Below are positions 54,982-62,810 of a DNA stretch of 64,000 bases, in pieces. The position numbers and the translations under genes were made by a program. Under the pieces are notes generated by a model. That model had not been told where the DNA came from and ran no database searches. It saw only the letters and a list, made by a program, of their open reading frames with translations. Within the stretch, counting starts at the first letter, position 1, and the number at the start of each line of letters is the position of its first letter. The stretch comes from Lawsonibacter asaccharolyticus (GTDB lineage: Bacteria > Bacillota > Clostridia > Oscillospirales > Ruminococcaceae): assembly GCA_963599235.1 (NCBI GenBank), contig CAVBWT010000012.1:3147-67146 (forward strand), given 5' to 3'.

Positions 54982-55368
54982 TCACTGGGCGGCTTTTTCC
55001 TGCTCAAGGCAGTGTTCACAGACGCCGAACAGGACAACGGCACAGTCTTCGACCTTGCCTTTCTGGTTTTTGACCAGCTTCATCACCTGCTTTTCGTCCA
55101 CATCCGCATCCACGACACCGCCGCAGACGGTGCAGTACATATGGCTGTGCCAGCAGAGGGTGTGGTCGAATCGGTCGGCCTTGCCCGGGATGGATACCCG
55201 GCGGACACGGCCTGCGTCGACAAGGCTGTTCAGGTTGCGGTAAACGGTGCCAAGGCTCAGATTCGGGCAGTCCTTGACGGCCTCATCGTAAATCTCCTCA
55301 GCGGTGGGGTGGTCGCAGAGCTGTTCCACTTTTTGCAGAACGAGTTCACGCTGTTTCGAGTAACGCAT
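54982..55368 (-). CDS. Fur-family transcriptional regulator (Zur/PerR-like)
   Basis: Winged helix (SLGTVYRNLNSLVDAG) and paired CxxC motifs (CTVCGG...CEHC). Confidence 0.85.
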   Translation of the reverse strand: MRYSKQRELVLQKVEQLCDHPTAEEIYDEAVKDCPNLSLGTVYRNLNSLVDAGRVRRVSIPGKADRFDHTLCWHSHMYCTVCGGVVDADVDEKQVMKLVKNQKGKVEDCAVVLFGVCEHCLEQEKAAQ

Positions 55369-55400
55369 AGCTTTTCTCCTTTATCTTCTAATCCTGCTGT

Positions 55401-56675
55401 TTAAATCTTATCTTCACCTTTGATTTTTGCCCAATATGCACGAGCTGCCTGTTCGGTGCGGTTCTCGCCAAAGTGGTAATATTTCGTAGCTTTGAGGACG
55501 TCGGGCAGATACTGCTGGTCGACCCAGTGATTCGGATAGTCGTGGGCGTATTTATAGTTCTGGCCTTTTACCAGTGCGTCCTCGCCGTCGAAATGCTTGT
55601 TCTGAAGCTGGCGAGGGATGGAGCCGGTCTTCCCTGCCTGCACATCCGCAATGGCGGCATTGATGGCGTCATGGGCACTGTTGGATTTCGGGCTGGTAGC
55701 AACGAGGATCACGGCATCCGCCAGCGGAAGCCGCGCCTCGGGCAGGCCGACCATGTTCGCCGCATCCACCGCCGCTTTGACGATAGGGATGATTTGGGGG
55801 TAAGCCAGACCGACATCCTCGCAGGCGCAGACCATCAGACGACGGCAGGCTGAGGGCAGGTCGCCTGCTTCCAACAGACGAGCCAAATAGTGCAGAGCGG
55901 CATCCGGGTCAGAACCACGCATCGACTTCTGATAAGCCGACACGATATCATAGTGGTCGTCACCGTCACGGTCATACCGCATAGCTGTCCGCCGGGTGAC
56001 TTGTTTGATCATCTCAAGGTCGATATGCTTTCCCGTCTTATCAACGGGAGCCGCCGTGACTGCAAAATCAAGACAGCCCAATGCTTTTCGCAGGTCGCCG
56101 CCTGCACTCTCGGCAAGATAATCGCAGGCATCTTCATCCATCCGAACGGGATGCCCCTCCGATTCGGTGAGCTTTTGCAGAGCATTTTTCAGACCCTGTT
56201 TGACATCAGCGGCATTGAGAAATTTGAACTCAAAGACCGTACACCGGGACAACAGCGCATTATAAATGTAAAAATACGGATTCTCGGTGGTGGATGCAAT
56301 GAGGGTCACACTGCCGTCCTCAATGCATTCGAGAAGGCTCTGCTGCTGCTTTTTATTTAAATATTGGATCTCGTCGAGGTAAAGCAGGATGCCGCCTGCT
56401 CCGGCGAGAGTGCCGATATCCTTCAGCACAGCCTTGATGTCGCCAGTGCCGCAGGAGGTGCCGTTGAGTTTGTGCAGGGTCATGCCGCTGTTCTCGGCGA
56501 TGATGCGTGCAACGGTAGTCTTTCCGGTACCGGACGGACCATAAAAGATCATATTCGGGATGCGTCCGCTCTCAATGGTGCGGCGGAACACCCTTCCGGG
56601 TGCCAGCAAGTGCTGCTGACCGCAGACCTCTGCCAACGTTTTTGGGCGCAGACGCTGCGCCAATGGTTCGTTCAT
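55401..56675 (-). CDS. rarA: Replication-associated recombination protein A (MgsA/RarA)
   Basis: LAQRLRPKTLAEVCGQQHLL, FYGPSGTGKTT and an MgsA C-terminal domain. ATG 56675 is preceded by GGAGGGG. Confidence 0.9.
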   Translation of the reverse strand: MNEPLAQRLRPKTLAEVCGQQHLLAPGRVFRRTIESGRIPNMIFYGPSGTGKTTVARIIAENSGMTLHKLNGTSCGTGDIKAVLKDIGTLAGAGGILLYLDEIQYLNKKQQQSLLECIEDGSVTLIASTTENPYFYIYNALLSRCTVFEFKFLNAADVKQGLKNALQKLTESEGHPVRMDEDACDYLAESAGGDLRKALGCLDFAVTAAPVDKTGKHIDLEMIKQVTRRTAMRYDRDGDDHYDIVSAYQKSMRGSDPDAALHYLARLLEAGDLPSACRRLMVCACEDVGLAYPQIIPIVKAAVDAANMVGLPEARLPLADAVILVATSPKSNSAHDAINAAIADVQAGKTGSIPRQLQNKHFDGEDALVKGQNYKYAHDYPNHWVDQQYLPDVLKATKYYHFGENRTEQAARAYWAKIKGEDKI

Positions 56676-56826
56676 GGGTGTTCCCCTCCTGCCTTTTACC
56701 GCTTTTCTGCGAATGATTCCATTTATAGTATAACGCATTTTGTGGGAGAGGACAAGTTCTAAATTGAAAATGATTCTCAGATAACGCATCTTTCTGCGGC
56801 CTGCATCGTTTTGTCAGGAGCTATTC

Positions 56827-56855
56827 TTGAAAATGTCATATATTTATGTTATCAT
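56827..56855 (+). promoter_or_regulatory. Candidate sigma-A promoter of nth
   Basis: TTGAAA (56827..56832), 17 nt, then TATCAT (56850..56855). Confidence 0.4.
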
Positions 56856-56898
56856 CAAGGTGTTTTCAGGAAATATCTGTCGAAATGAGGGGATCATA

Positions 56899-57582
56899 AT
56901 GGGCACAGCAAAGGCCGCCGCAGAAGATAAAGCACTAGCGGAAAAGAAAAAGCTGGCGTTGGAGGTCATCGAGCGGCTGAAAAAGGAATATCCGGACGCA
57001 GGCTGTACGCTGGACTACGATCACGCATGGCAGCTGCTCGTCAGCGTGCGGCTGGCAGCGCAATGCACGGACGCCCGGGTGAACATCGTGGTCGAGGATT
57101 TGTTTGCCAAGTATCCGAATGTCGCTGCTCTCGCCGCCGCAGAGCCGGAGGATATTGAAGCTATCGTCAAGCCCTGCGGACTCGGACGCTCCAAAGCACG
57201 GGATATCTCAGCCTGCATGCGTGTCCTGCGTGACAAATACAACTGTCAAGTACCGACTACTTTCGAGGAGCTGCTGGCTCTGCCCGGTGTCGGCCGGAAG
57301 AGTGCAAACCTCATCATGGGCGATGTGTTCGGCAAGCCAGCCATCGTCACAGATACCCACTGTATCCGGCTGTGCAACAAAATCGGCCTTGTGGATGGCC
57401 TCAAAGAACCGCAGAAGGTCGAAAAGGCCCTTTGGAAGATCGTTCCGCCCGAGGAAGGCAGCGACCTCTGCCACCGGTTCGTCATGCACGGGCGTGCCGT
57501 CTGCAATGCCCGGAAACCCGAGTGTGAAAAGTGCTGTCTAAAAGATATCTGTAAAACAGCGTTGGAACAACAAAACACATAA
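56899..57582 (+). CDS. nth: Endonuclease III
   Basis: HhH-GPD motif (LPGVGRKSANLIMGD) and an iron-sulfur cluster loop (CNARKPECEKCCLKDIC). ATG 56899 is preceded by GAGGGG. Confidence 0.9.
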   Translation: MGTAKAAAEDKALAEKKKLALEVIERLKKEYPDAGCTLDYDHAWQLLVSVRLAAQCTDARVNIVVEDLFAKYPNVAALAAAEPEDIEAIVKPCGLGRSKARDISACMRVLRDKYNCQVPTTFEELLALPGVGRKSANLIMGDVFGKPAIVTDTHCIRLCNKIGLVDGLKEPQKVEKALWKIVPPEEGSDLCHRFVMHGRAVCNARKPECEKCCLKDICKTALEQQNT

Positions 57583-57595
57583 TGGAGGTATCTTT

Positions 57596-57925
57596 ATGAT
57601 TACATTAACGATTCTTCTTATCATTGCTATTTCCTGTATTCTCATCGGCTGTTTTCTGGGCTTGTTTTCCCTGCTCAGCGTTTTTGTCTCCCTGCTGACC
57701 GGTGTTCTGGTCGGTGCGCTGGCCGGTTACATCGCCGGACGGTTCATGGGCAGCGAAACGTCTTTCGGCCGTAATGTCATCTTGGGCGTTCTTGGCAGTT
57801 TCGTCGGCGAATTCCTGTTTGGTCTGATTGGCATCCATGCTACCGGAACTTTCAGCTCCTTCGTTATCTCCATCATTGGTGCATGTATCTGCATCTGGGT
57901 CGGGAAGAAAATCAACGAGAGATAA
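57596..57925 (+). CDS. GlsB/YeaQ/YmgE-family (transglycosylase-associated) small membrane protein
   Basis: 109 aa with glycine-zipper TM helices (GVLVGALAGYIAGRFMG, GVLGSFVGEFLFG). GGAGG RBS. Confidence 0.7.
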   Translation: MITLTILLIIAISCILIGCFLGLFSLLSVFVSLLTGVLVGALAGYIAGRFMGSETSFGRNVILGVLGSFVGEFLFGLIGIHATGTFSSFVISIIGACICIWVGKKINER

Positions 57926-58072
57926 AAGAATCTTTTCTGTGGAAAGGCATCTGGCAAAAAGGAATCTCTCGAACTGGAACGACAGCCGCATGAGTAATCT
58001 CCCCCCTGTTTCAGCGTTTTATGGTTTCGGCGTTTTAAATATGAACTTTCTGCTAAGATTGTGAAAGTTGCC

Positions 58073-58106
58073 TATATCCGCTTGCATTTTGATGCAGGCG
58101 GATATA
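58073..58106. promoter_or_regulatory. 15-bp-arm palindrome upstream of the marR-ABC operon (operator candidate)
   Basis: TATATCCGCTTGCAT-tttg-ATGCAGGCGGATATA has one mismatch, which would be a G-U pair if transcribed. It ends 58 nt before the marR start. Confidence 0.4.
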
Positions 58107-58164
58107 TTATTATCAGGCGCAAATAGTTATCACTTGTTAAGTAATTTCAGAAGGAGGTTTTTAC

Positions 58165-58671
58165 TTGTCCGAAGAGGAACTGAATTTTCATGGGCTGTGC
58201 CACTTTATCAGCCGACTGCATTCTGCTGCAAAGCGTGGAATGCGTGCTGCATTGTCGGACTGCCCGAAATGCCATTTTCCCATGCTGGAAGGTCTGATGG
58301 GCACCATCCATGCCTACGGGCAGGATGGTGCCATTAACGTCACCCAGCTGGCACAGCAGTTTAAAAAACCGCTGCCGGTCATTTCCCGGGGATTGCGCCA
58401 GCTCGAGGAAAACGGGCTGATCGAACGGGAGACAGACCCCAATGACCGGCGGAAGACACTGGTGCGGGTCACATCAAAGGGATATGAGGACAGCCGTCTC
58501 TGCGAAGAAGCTCTCTCCGATTACTTCAGCTGTGTGATGGCGCGCCTGACCCCGGAACAGCTCGAGCAGCTCTCGTTCCTGAAAGACGTTCTGATGGACG
58601 CCATCGAAGCCGAGAATGCCGAGCGTGAAAAACGATTGAAGGGAGAATCAAACGATGGGAAAAATTTTTAA
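58165..58671 (+). CDS. MarR-family transcriptional regulator
   Basis: Winged HTH (INVTQLAQQFKKPLPVISRGLRQLEENGLIERETDPNDRRKTLVRVT). TTG start is preceded by GGAGG. The 3' end overlaps the ABC gene by 17 nt. Confidence 0.8.
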   Translation: MSEEELNFHGLCHFISRLHSAAKRGMRAALSDCPKCHFPMLEGLMGTIHAYGQDGAINVTQLAQQFKKPLPVISRGLRQLEENGLIERETDPNDRRKTLVRVTSKGYEDSRLCEEALSDYFSCVMARLTPEQLEQLSFLKDVLMDAIEAENAEREKRLKGESNDGKNF

Positions 58672-60937
58672 GCAGCTGGCCCGTCACTGGGCCGCCTGCC
58701 TGCTGGTCATCGCATTGCTGTTTGTGCAGGCCTACTGTGACCTGTCGCTGCCCGATTACACCAGTAAGATCGTGGATACCGGCATCCAGCAGGGCGGCAT
58801 CGACTCCGCTTTGCCGGAAACGCTGCGTACTTCCACGATGGACGCCCTCTCGCTGCTGATGAGCGAAAAGGACACTGAAAAGTTCCAGAATGCGTATGAG
58901 TATTACACTCAGGACGACGATGTACTGAAACTCCGCTCCGACTTGACGGATGATGAGCGCACCGACCTCGAAAATGCCGTCTCTGTGCCGGATATTGTGC
59001 TGTACATGGCAGCCGCCCAGCACGCCAACGGCCAGACCTCGATGCCGATGACCGGACTCGATGAAGTCCAGCAGAACATCTCCGAGGAGACGGAGACTGT
59101 CACCCCGACCGCAGACGACCTCGACGCGGTGTGTGAGCAGTTCACTGCCATGACCCAGATGCCCGGTTTCAGCCGGGATGCCATCCAGCAGCAGCTAGCT
59201 GGTGCGATGTCTCAGGTGGACGATACCACCCTTTCCAGCATGGCAAGTCAGGCAACGCTGCTCGTCAGTCTGGAATACGAAGCACAGGGTGTCGCCCACG
59301 ATGTGCAGATGAGCTACCTCTTCCGGGTCGGCGGCCAGATGTTGGCTCTGACCCTGCTGATGGTGGTCGTTGCAATTGCAGTCGGCCTGATCGCATCCCG
59401 TGTGTCGGCAGCAATTGGCCGTGACCTCCGCCGGGAGACCTTCTCTTCCGTCATCAACTTCTCCAACGCTGAGATCGAGAAATTTTCGACTGCTTCCCTC
59501 ATCACCCGTACCACCAACGACATCCAGCAGGTGCAGTTCGTCTGCGTGATGCTGCTGCGCATGGTGGCCTATGCGCCTATCCTCGGCATCGGCGGCATCC
59601 TTCATGTTTTGCAGAGCAACACCGGTCTTTCGTGGATCATCGTACTGGATGTGGCTTTGCTGTTGCTCCTCATCATCTTCCTGATGAACGTTGCCATGCC
59701 GAAATTCAAGCTGATGCAGACCCTCGTTGACCGTCTGAACCTCGTCAGCCGTGAGATTCTGACCGGTGTGATGCCGATTCGTGCGTTCAGCCGTGAAAAG
59801 TTTGAAGAAGAGCGTTTCGACAAAGCCAACACCGATCTGATGAAGACTCAGCTCTTCACCAACCGGGCGATGGTCGCCATGATGCCCTTTATGACCCTCA
59901 TCATGAACGGCACCAGCCTGCTCATCGTCTGGTTCGGCGGCAAGGCAATGGACGCTGGCAACATGCAGGTCGGTGAGATGATCGCTTTTATCACCTATAC
60001 CATGCAGATTGTCATGTCTTTCCTGATGCTGGCAATGGTGGCCGTTATGCTGCCCCGTGCCGGTGTTGCCGCTGACCGTATCGACGAAGTCATCCGCACC
60101 AAGCCTTCCATTCACGACCCGGACGAGAATACTGCAAAGTCCGTACAGGAAAAGAAAGACTGGAAGGGTGTCGTCTCCTTCGAGGATGTCAGCTTCCGGT
60201 TCCCGGCTGCGGACAGTGACGCGCTGGAGCATATCAGCTTTACTGCTCAGCCCGGTCAGACCACCGCAATCATTGGTTCCACCGGCTGCGGCAAATCCAG
60301 CCTGCTGAACCTGATTCCCCGTTTCTATGATGTCACCGGCGGCAAAGTCACTATTGACGGCGTAGATGTCCGTGAAATGCCGCAGGAGACACTTCACAGT
60401 CTGCTGGGTTATGTGCCGCAGAAGGGAGTGTTGTTCAGCGGCACCATCGAGTCCAACCTGAAATTCGGCGGCGAACACATCACCGACGAGGAGATGAAGA
60501 AAGCCGCTTCCATCGCACAGGCGACGGAATTCATCGACGCAAAGCCGGACGGCTACGAAAGCCCCATCGCACAGGGCGGTTCCAACGTTTCCGGCGGACA
60601 GAAACAGCGTCTGTCCATTGCCCGTGCCATTGCAAAGAATCCCCGTATCTACCTGTTCGACGACAGCCTCTCGGCGTTGGACTACAAGACCGACGTCACT
60701 CTGCGCCGTGCTTTGAAGGCCCAGACCGACAATGCGACGGTCATCATCGTTGCACAGCGTATCTCGACCGTCCTGCACGCAAATCAGATCCTGGTACTGG
60801 ACGAGGGTCGTCTGGTCGGCAAGGGTACCCACGCTCAGCTGATGGCGACCTGCCCCGAGTATCAGGAAATTGCCCGGAGCCAGCTGAGCCAGAAAGAGCT
60901 TGACCTCGAAAACCTGAACACAAAGGAGGATGAGTAA
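58655..60937 (+). CDS. ABC exporter half-transporter (permease+ATPase), degenerate-site chain with a large extracytoplasmic insertion
   Basis: 760 aa. Walker A GSTGCGKSS and signature VSGGQ. Walker B is IYLFDD (Asp where the catalytic Glu sits) and the H-loop position is Gln (VAQRIST). About 195 aa separate TM1 from TM2. Confidence 0.9.
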   Translation: MGKIFKQLARHWAACLLVIALLFVQAYCDLSLPDYTSKIVDTGIQQGGIDSALPETLRTSTMDALSLLMSEKDTEKFQNAYEYYTQDDDVLKLRSDLTDDERTDLENAVSVPDIVLYMAAAQHANGQTSMPMTGLDEVQQNISEETETVTPTADDLDAVCEQFTAMTQMPGFSRDAIQQQLAGAMSQVDDTTLSSMASQATLLVSLEYEAQGVAHDVQMSYLFRVGGQMLALTLLMVVVAIAVGLIASRVSAAIGRDLRRETFSSVINFSNAEIEKFSTASLITRTTNDIQQVQFVCVMLLRMVAYAPILGIGGILHVLQSNTGLSWIIVLDVALLLLLIIFLMNVAMPKFKLMQTLVDRLNLVSREILTGVMPIRAFSREKFEEERFDKANTDLMKTQLFTNRAMVAMMPFMTLIMNGTSLLIVWFGGKAMDAGNMQVGEMIAFITYTMQIVMSFLMLAMVAVMLPRAGVAADRIDEVIRTKPSIHDPDENTAKSVQEKKDWKGVVSFEDVSFRFPAADSDALEHISFTAQPGQTTAIIGSTGCGKSSLLNLIPRFYDVTGGKVTIDGVDVREMPQETLHSLLGYVPQKGVLFSGTIESNLKFGGEHITDEEMKKAASIAQATEFIDAKPDGYESPIAQGGSNVSGGQKQRLSIARAIAKNPRIYLFDDSLSALDYKTDVTLRRALKAQTDNATVIIVAQRISTVLHANQILVLDEGRLVGKGTHAQLMATCPEYQEIARSQLSQKELDLENLNTKEDE

Positions 60938-60938
60938 T

Positions 60939-62750
60939 ATGCCAAGACCCGGACGTCAGACGACCGAGCGTGCAAAGGACTTCAAAGGCACGCTGCGGCA
61001 GCTCATCCGTGAGATGAGCCGATACAAACTTTCGCTCATCATCGTTGTTATTTTTGCTGTCCTGTCCACCGTCTTCAACATCGCAGGCCCGAAGATCCTC
61101 GCCAAGGCCACCACCGCACTGGCGACCGGCTGGATCGCAAAGCTGCGTGGCATCGGCAGCATCGACTTCGGCTATATCGGCAAGATTTTGCTGATCCTGC
61201 TCGCCATGTATCTTTGCTCGGCGGCATTCAGCTTCCTGCAGGGCTGGCTGATGACGAACCTCTCGCAGAAGGTCTGCTACAATTTCCGCAAAGAGATCAG
61301 CGAGAAAATCAACCGCCTTCCCCTCGCCTACTTTGAAAAGCGTACTGTCGGCGAAGTGCTTTCCCGTATCACCAACGACGTTGACACCCTCGGTCAGAGC
61401 TTGAACCAGAGCATCACCCAGCTCATCACCAGCGTCACCACGATGGTTGGTGTCCTCATCATGATGCTTTCCATCAGCCCCAAAATGACCCTGATTGCCT
61501 TGCTCATCCTGCCGGTCTCGCTGGCATTGGTGATGCTGGTCGTCAAGTTCAGCCAGAAATACTTCAAGGCACAGCAGGCAACGCTGGGCGTCGTGAACGG
61601 TCAGGTCGAGGAAGTCTATTCCGGCCACAACGTCATCAAGGCGTTCAATCGGGAGTCCAGCGTCCTCACGGACTTCAACACCGCCAACGATAAGCTGTAT
61701 GAATCCGCATGGAAGAGCCAGTTCCTTTCCGGCCTGATGATGCCCATCATGAACTTCGTCGGCAACCTCGGCTATGTGGCGGTCGCCATCGTCGGCAGCA
61801 TTTTCGCCGCCAACGGCACCATCACCATCGGCGATATTCAGGCATTCATCCAGTATGTCAAGAATTTCACTCAGCCCATCCAGCAGCTCTCGCAGGTGTC
61901 CAACATGCTGCAGAGTATGGCAGCAGCTGCAGAGCGCGTGTTTGAGTTCCTGAACGAGCCGGAAGAAGACCAGAAAGCCGACCCTGCACGCCGTGCAGAC
62001 GCTTCGGACATTGACGGTCAGGTGACGTTCAGCCATGTCAAGTTTGGCTACACTCCCGATAAGACCATCATCCACGATTTCAGCTGCGAGGTCAAACCGG
62101 GCGAAAAGGTTGCTATCGTTGGCCCCACCGGTGCCGGCAAGACCACTATGGTCAAGCTGCTGATGCGGTTCTACGATGTGGATTCGGGTTCCATCACCCT
62201 GAACGGCCACGATATCCGGGATTTCGACCGCAGCGCACTGCGCGAGGGCTTCGGTATGGTTCTGCAGGATACATGGCTGTTCAAGGGTACCATTATGGAG
62301 AACATCCGGTATGGCCGCTTGGATGCTACCGATGAGGAAGTCATTGCCGCCGCAAAAGCAGCCAATGCCGACCACTTCATCCGCACCCTGCCCGGCGGCT
62401 ATCAGATGGAGCTGAACGAGGATGCCTCCAACGTCAGCCAAGGCCAGAAACAGCTGCTGACGATTGCCCGTACCATTCTGGCGGACAACCGAATTCTTAT
62501 TCTCGACGAGGCGACCAGTAGTGTCGATACCCGTACCGAGCAGAAGATCCAGACCGCAATGGATCGTTTGATGGAGGGCCGCACCAGCTTCGTCATCGCC
62601 CACCGTCTTTCCACCATCAAGGACGCTGACCTCATCCTTATGATGCGTGACGGCGACATTGTGGAACAGGGCACCCACGACCAGCTGATCGAGGCAGGCG
62701 GCTTTTACGCCGACCTGTATAACAGTCAGTTTGAAGATGTGGTAGATTAA
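60939..62750 (+). CDS. ABC exporter half-transporter (permease+ATPase), consensus-site chain
   Basis: Walker A GPTGAGKTT, Walker B ILILDE (catalytic Glu) and H-loop AHRLST, but a degenerate signature VSQGQ. ATG 60939 lies 8 nt after AAGGAGGA; the track start 60930 overlaps the upstream stop. Confidence 0.9.
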   Translation: MPRPGRQTTERAKDFKGTLRQLIREMSRYKLSLIIVVIFAVLSTVFNIAGPKILAKATTALATGWIAKLRGIGSIDFGYIGKILLILLAMYLCSAAFSFLQGWLMTNLSQKVCYNFRKEISEKINRLPLAYFEKRTVGEVLSRITNDVDTLGQSLNQSITQLITSVTTMVGVLIMMLSISPKMTLIALLILPVSLALVMLVVKFSQKYFKAQQATLGVVNGQVEEVYSGHNVIKAFNRESSVLTDFNTANDKLYESAWKSQFLSGLMMPIMNFVGNLGYVAVAIVGSIFAANGTITIGDIQAFIQYVKNFTQPIQQLSQVSNMLQSMAAAAERVFEFLNEPEEDQKADPARRADASDIDGQVTFSHVKFGYTPDKTIIHDFSCEVKPGEKVAIVGPTGAGKTTMVKLLMRFYDVDSGSITLNGHDIRDFDRSALREGFGMVLQDTWLFKGTIMENIRYGRLDATDEEVIAAAKAANADHFIRTLPGGYQMELNEDASNVSQGQKQLLTIARTILADNRILILDEATSSVDTRTEQKIQTAMDRLMEGRTSFVIAHRLSTIKDADLILMMRDGDIVEQGTHDQLIEAGGFYADLYNSQFEDVVD

Positions 62751-62756
62751 AATAGC

Positions 62757-62800
62757 AAAACGGCTGTCTGCATTTTTGTTGCAGGCAGCCGTTTTTGTTT
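62757..62800. terminator. Bidirectional rho-independent terminator between convergent ABC and symporter genes
   Basis: AAAACGGCTGTCTGC...GCAGGCAGCCGTTTT 15-bp stem (one G-U pair), flanked by an A-run on the left and TTTTTGTTTG on the right. Confidence 0.75.
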
Positions 62801-62810
62801 GTATGTAGTT

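Noticed and set aside
56676-56898. Possible replication-origin or DnaA-box cluster at the strand-switch point between rarA (-) and nth (+).
   Set aside because: No TTATCCACA-like boxes or AT-rich unwinding repeats were found, and no dnaA or dnaN is nearby. It is an ordinary divergent promoter region.
1636-62678. Many very long ORFs antisense to the annotated genes. Examples: 1636..2622(+), 4711..6297(+), 10194..11588(-), 18999..21050(+), 21548..22843(+), 25124..26641(+), 27275..29110(+), 32678..34495(+), 35990..38293(+), 40721..42304(+), 59195..60832(-), 60744..62678(-).
   Set aside because: Each lies exactly opposite a gene with strong family motifs. Their translations are low-complexity (rich in Arg, Ala, Gly, Asp, His, Gln, Leu and Val) with no recognisable domains or RBS. 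Such shadow ORFs are expected in roughly 60% GC genomes with GC-rich third positions, because stop codons are depleted on the antisense strand.
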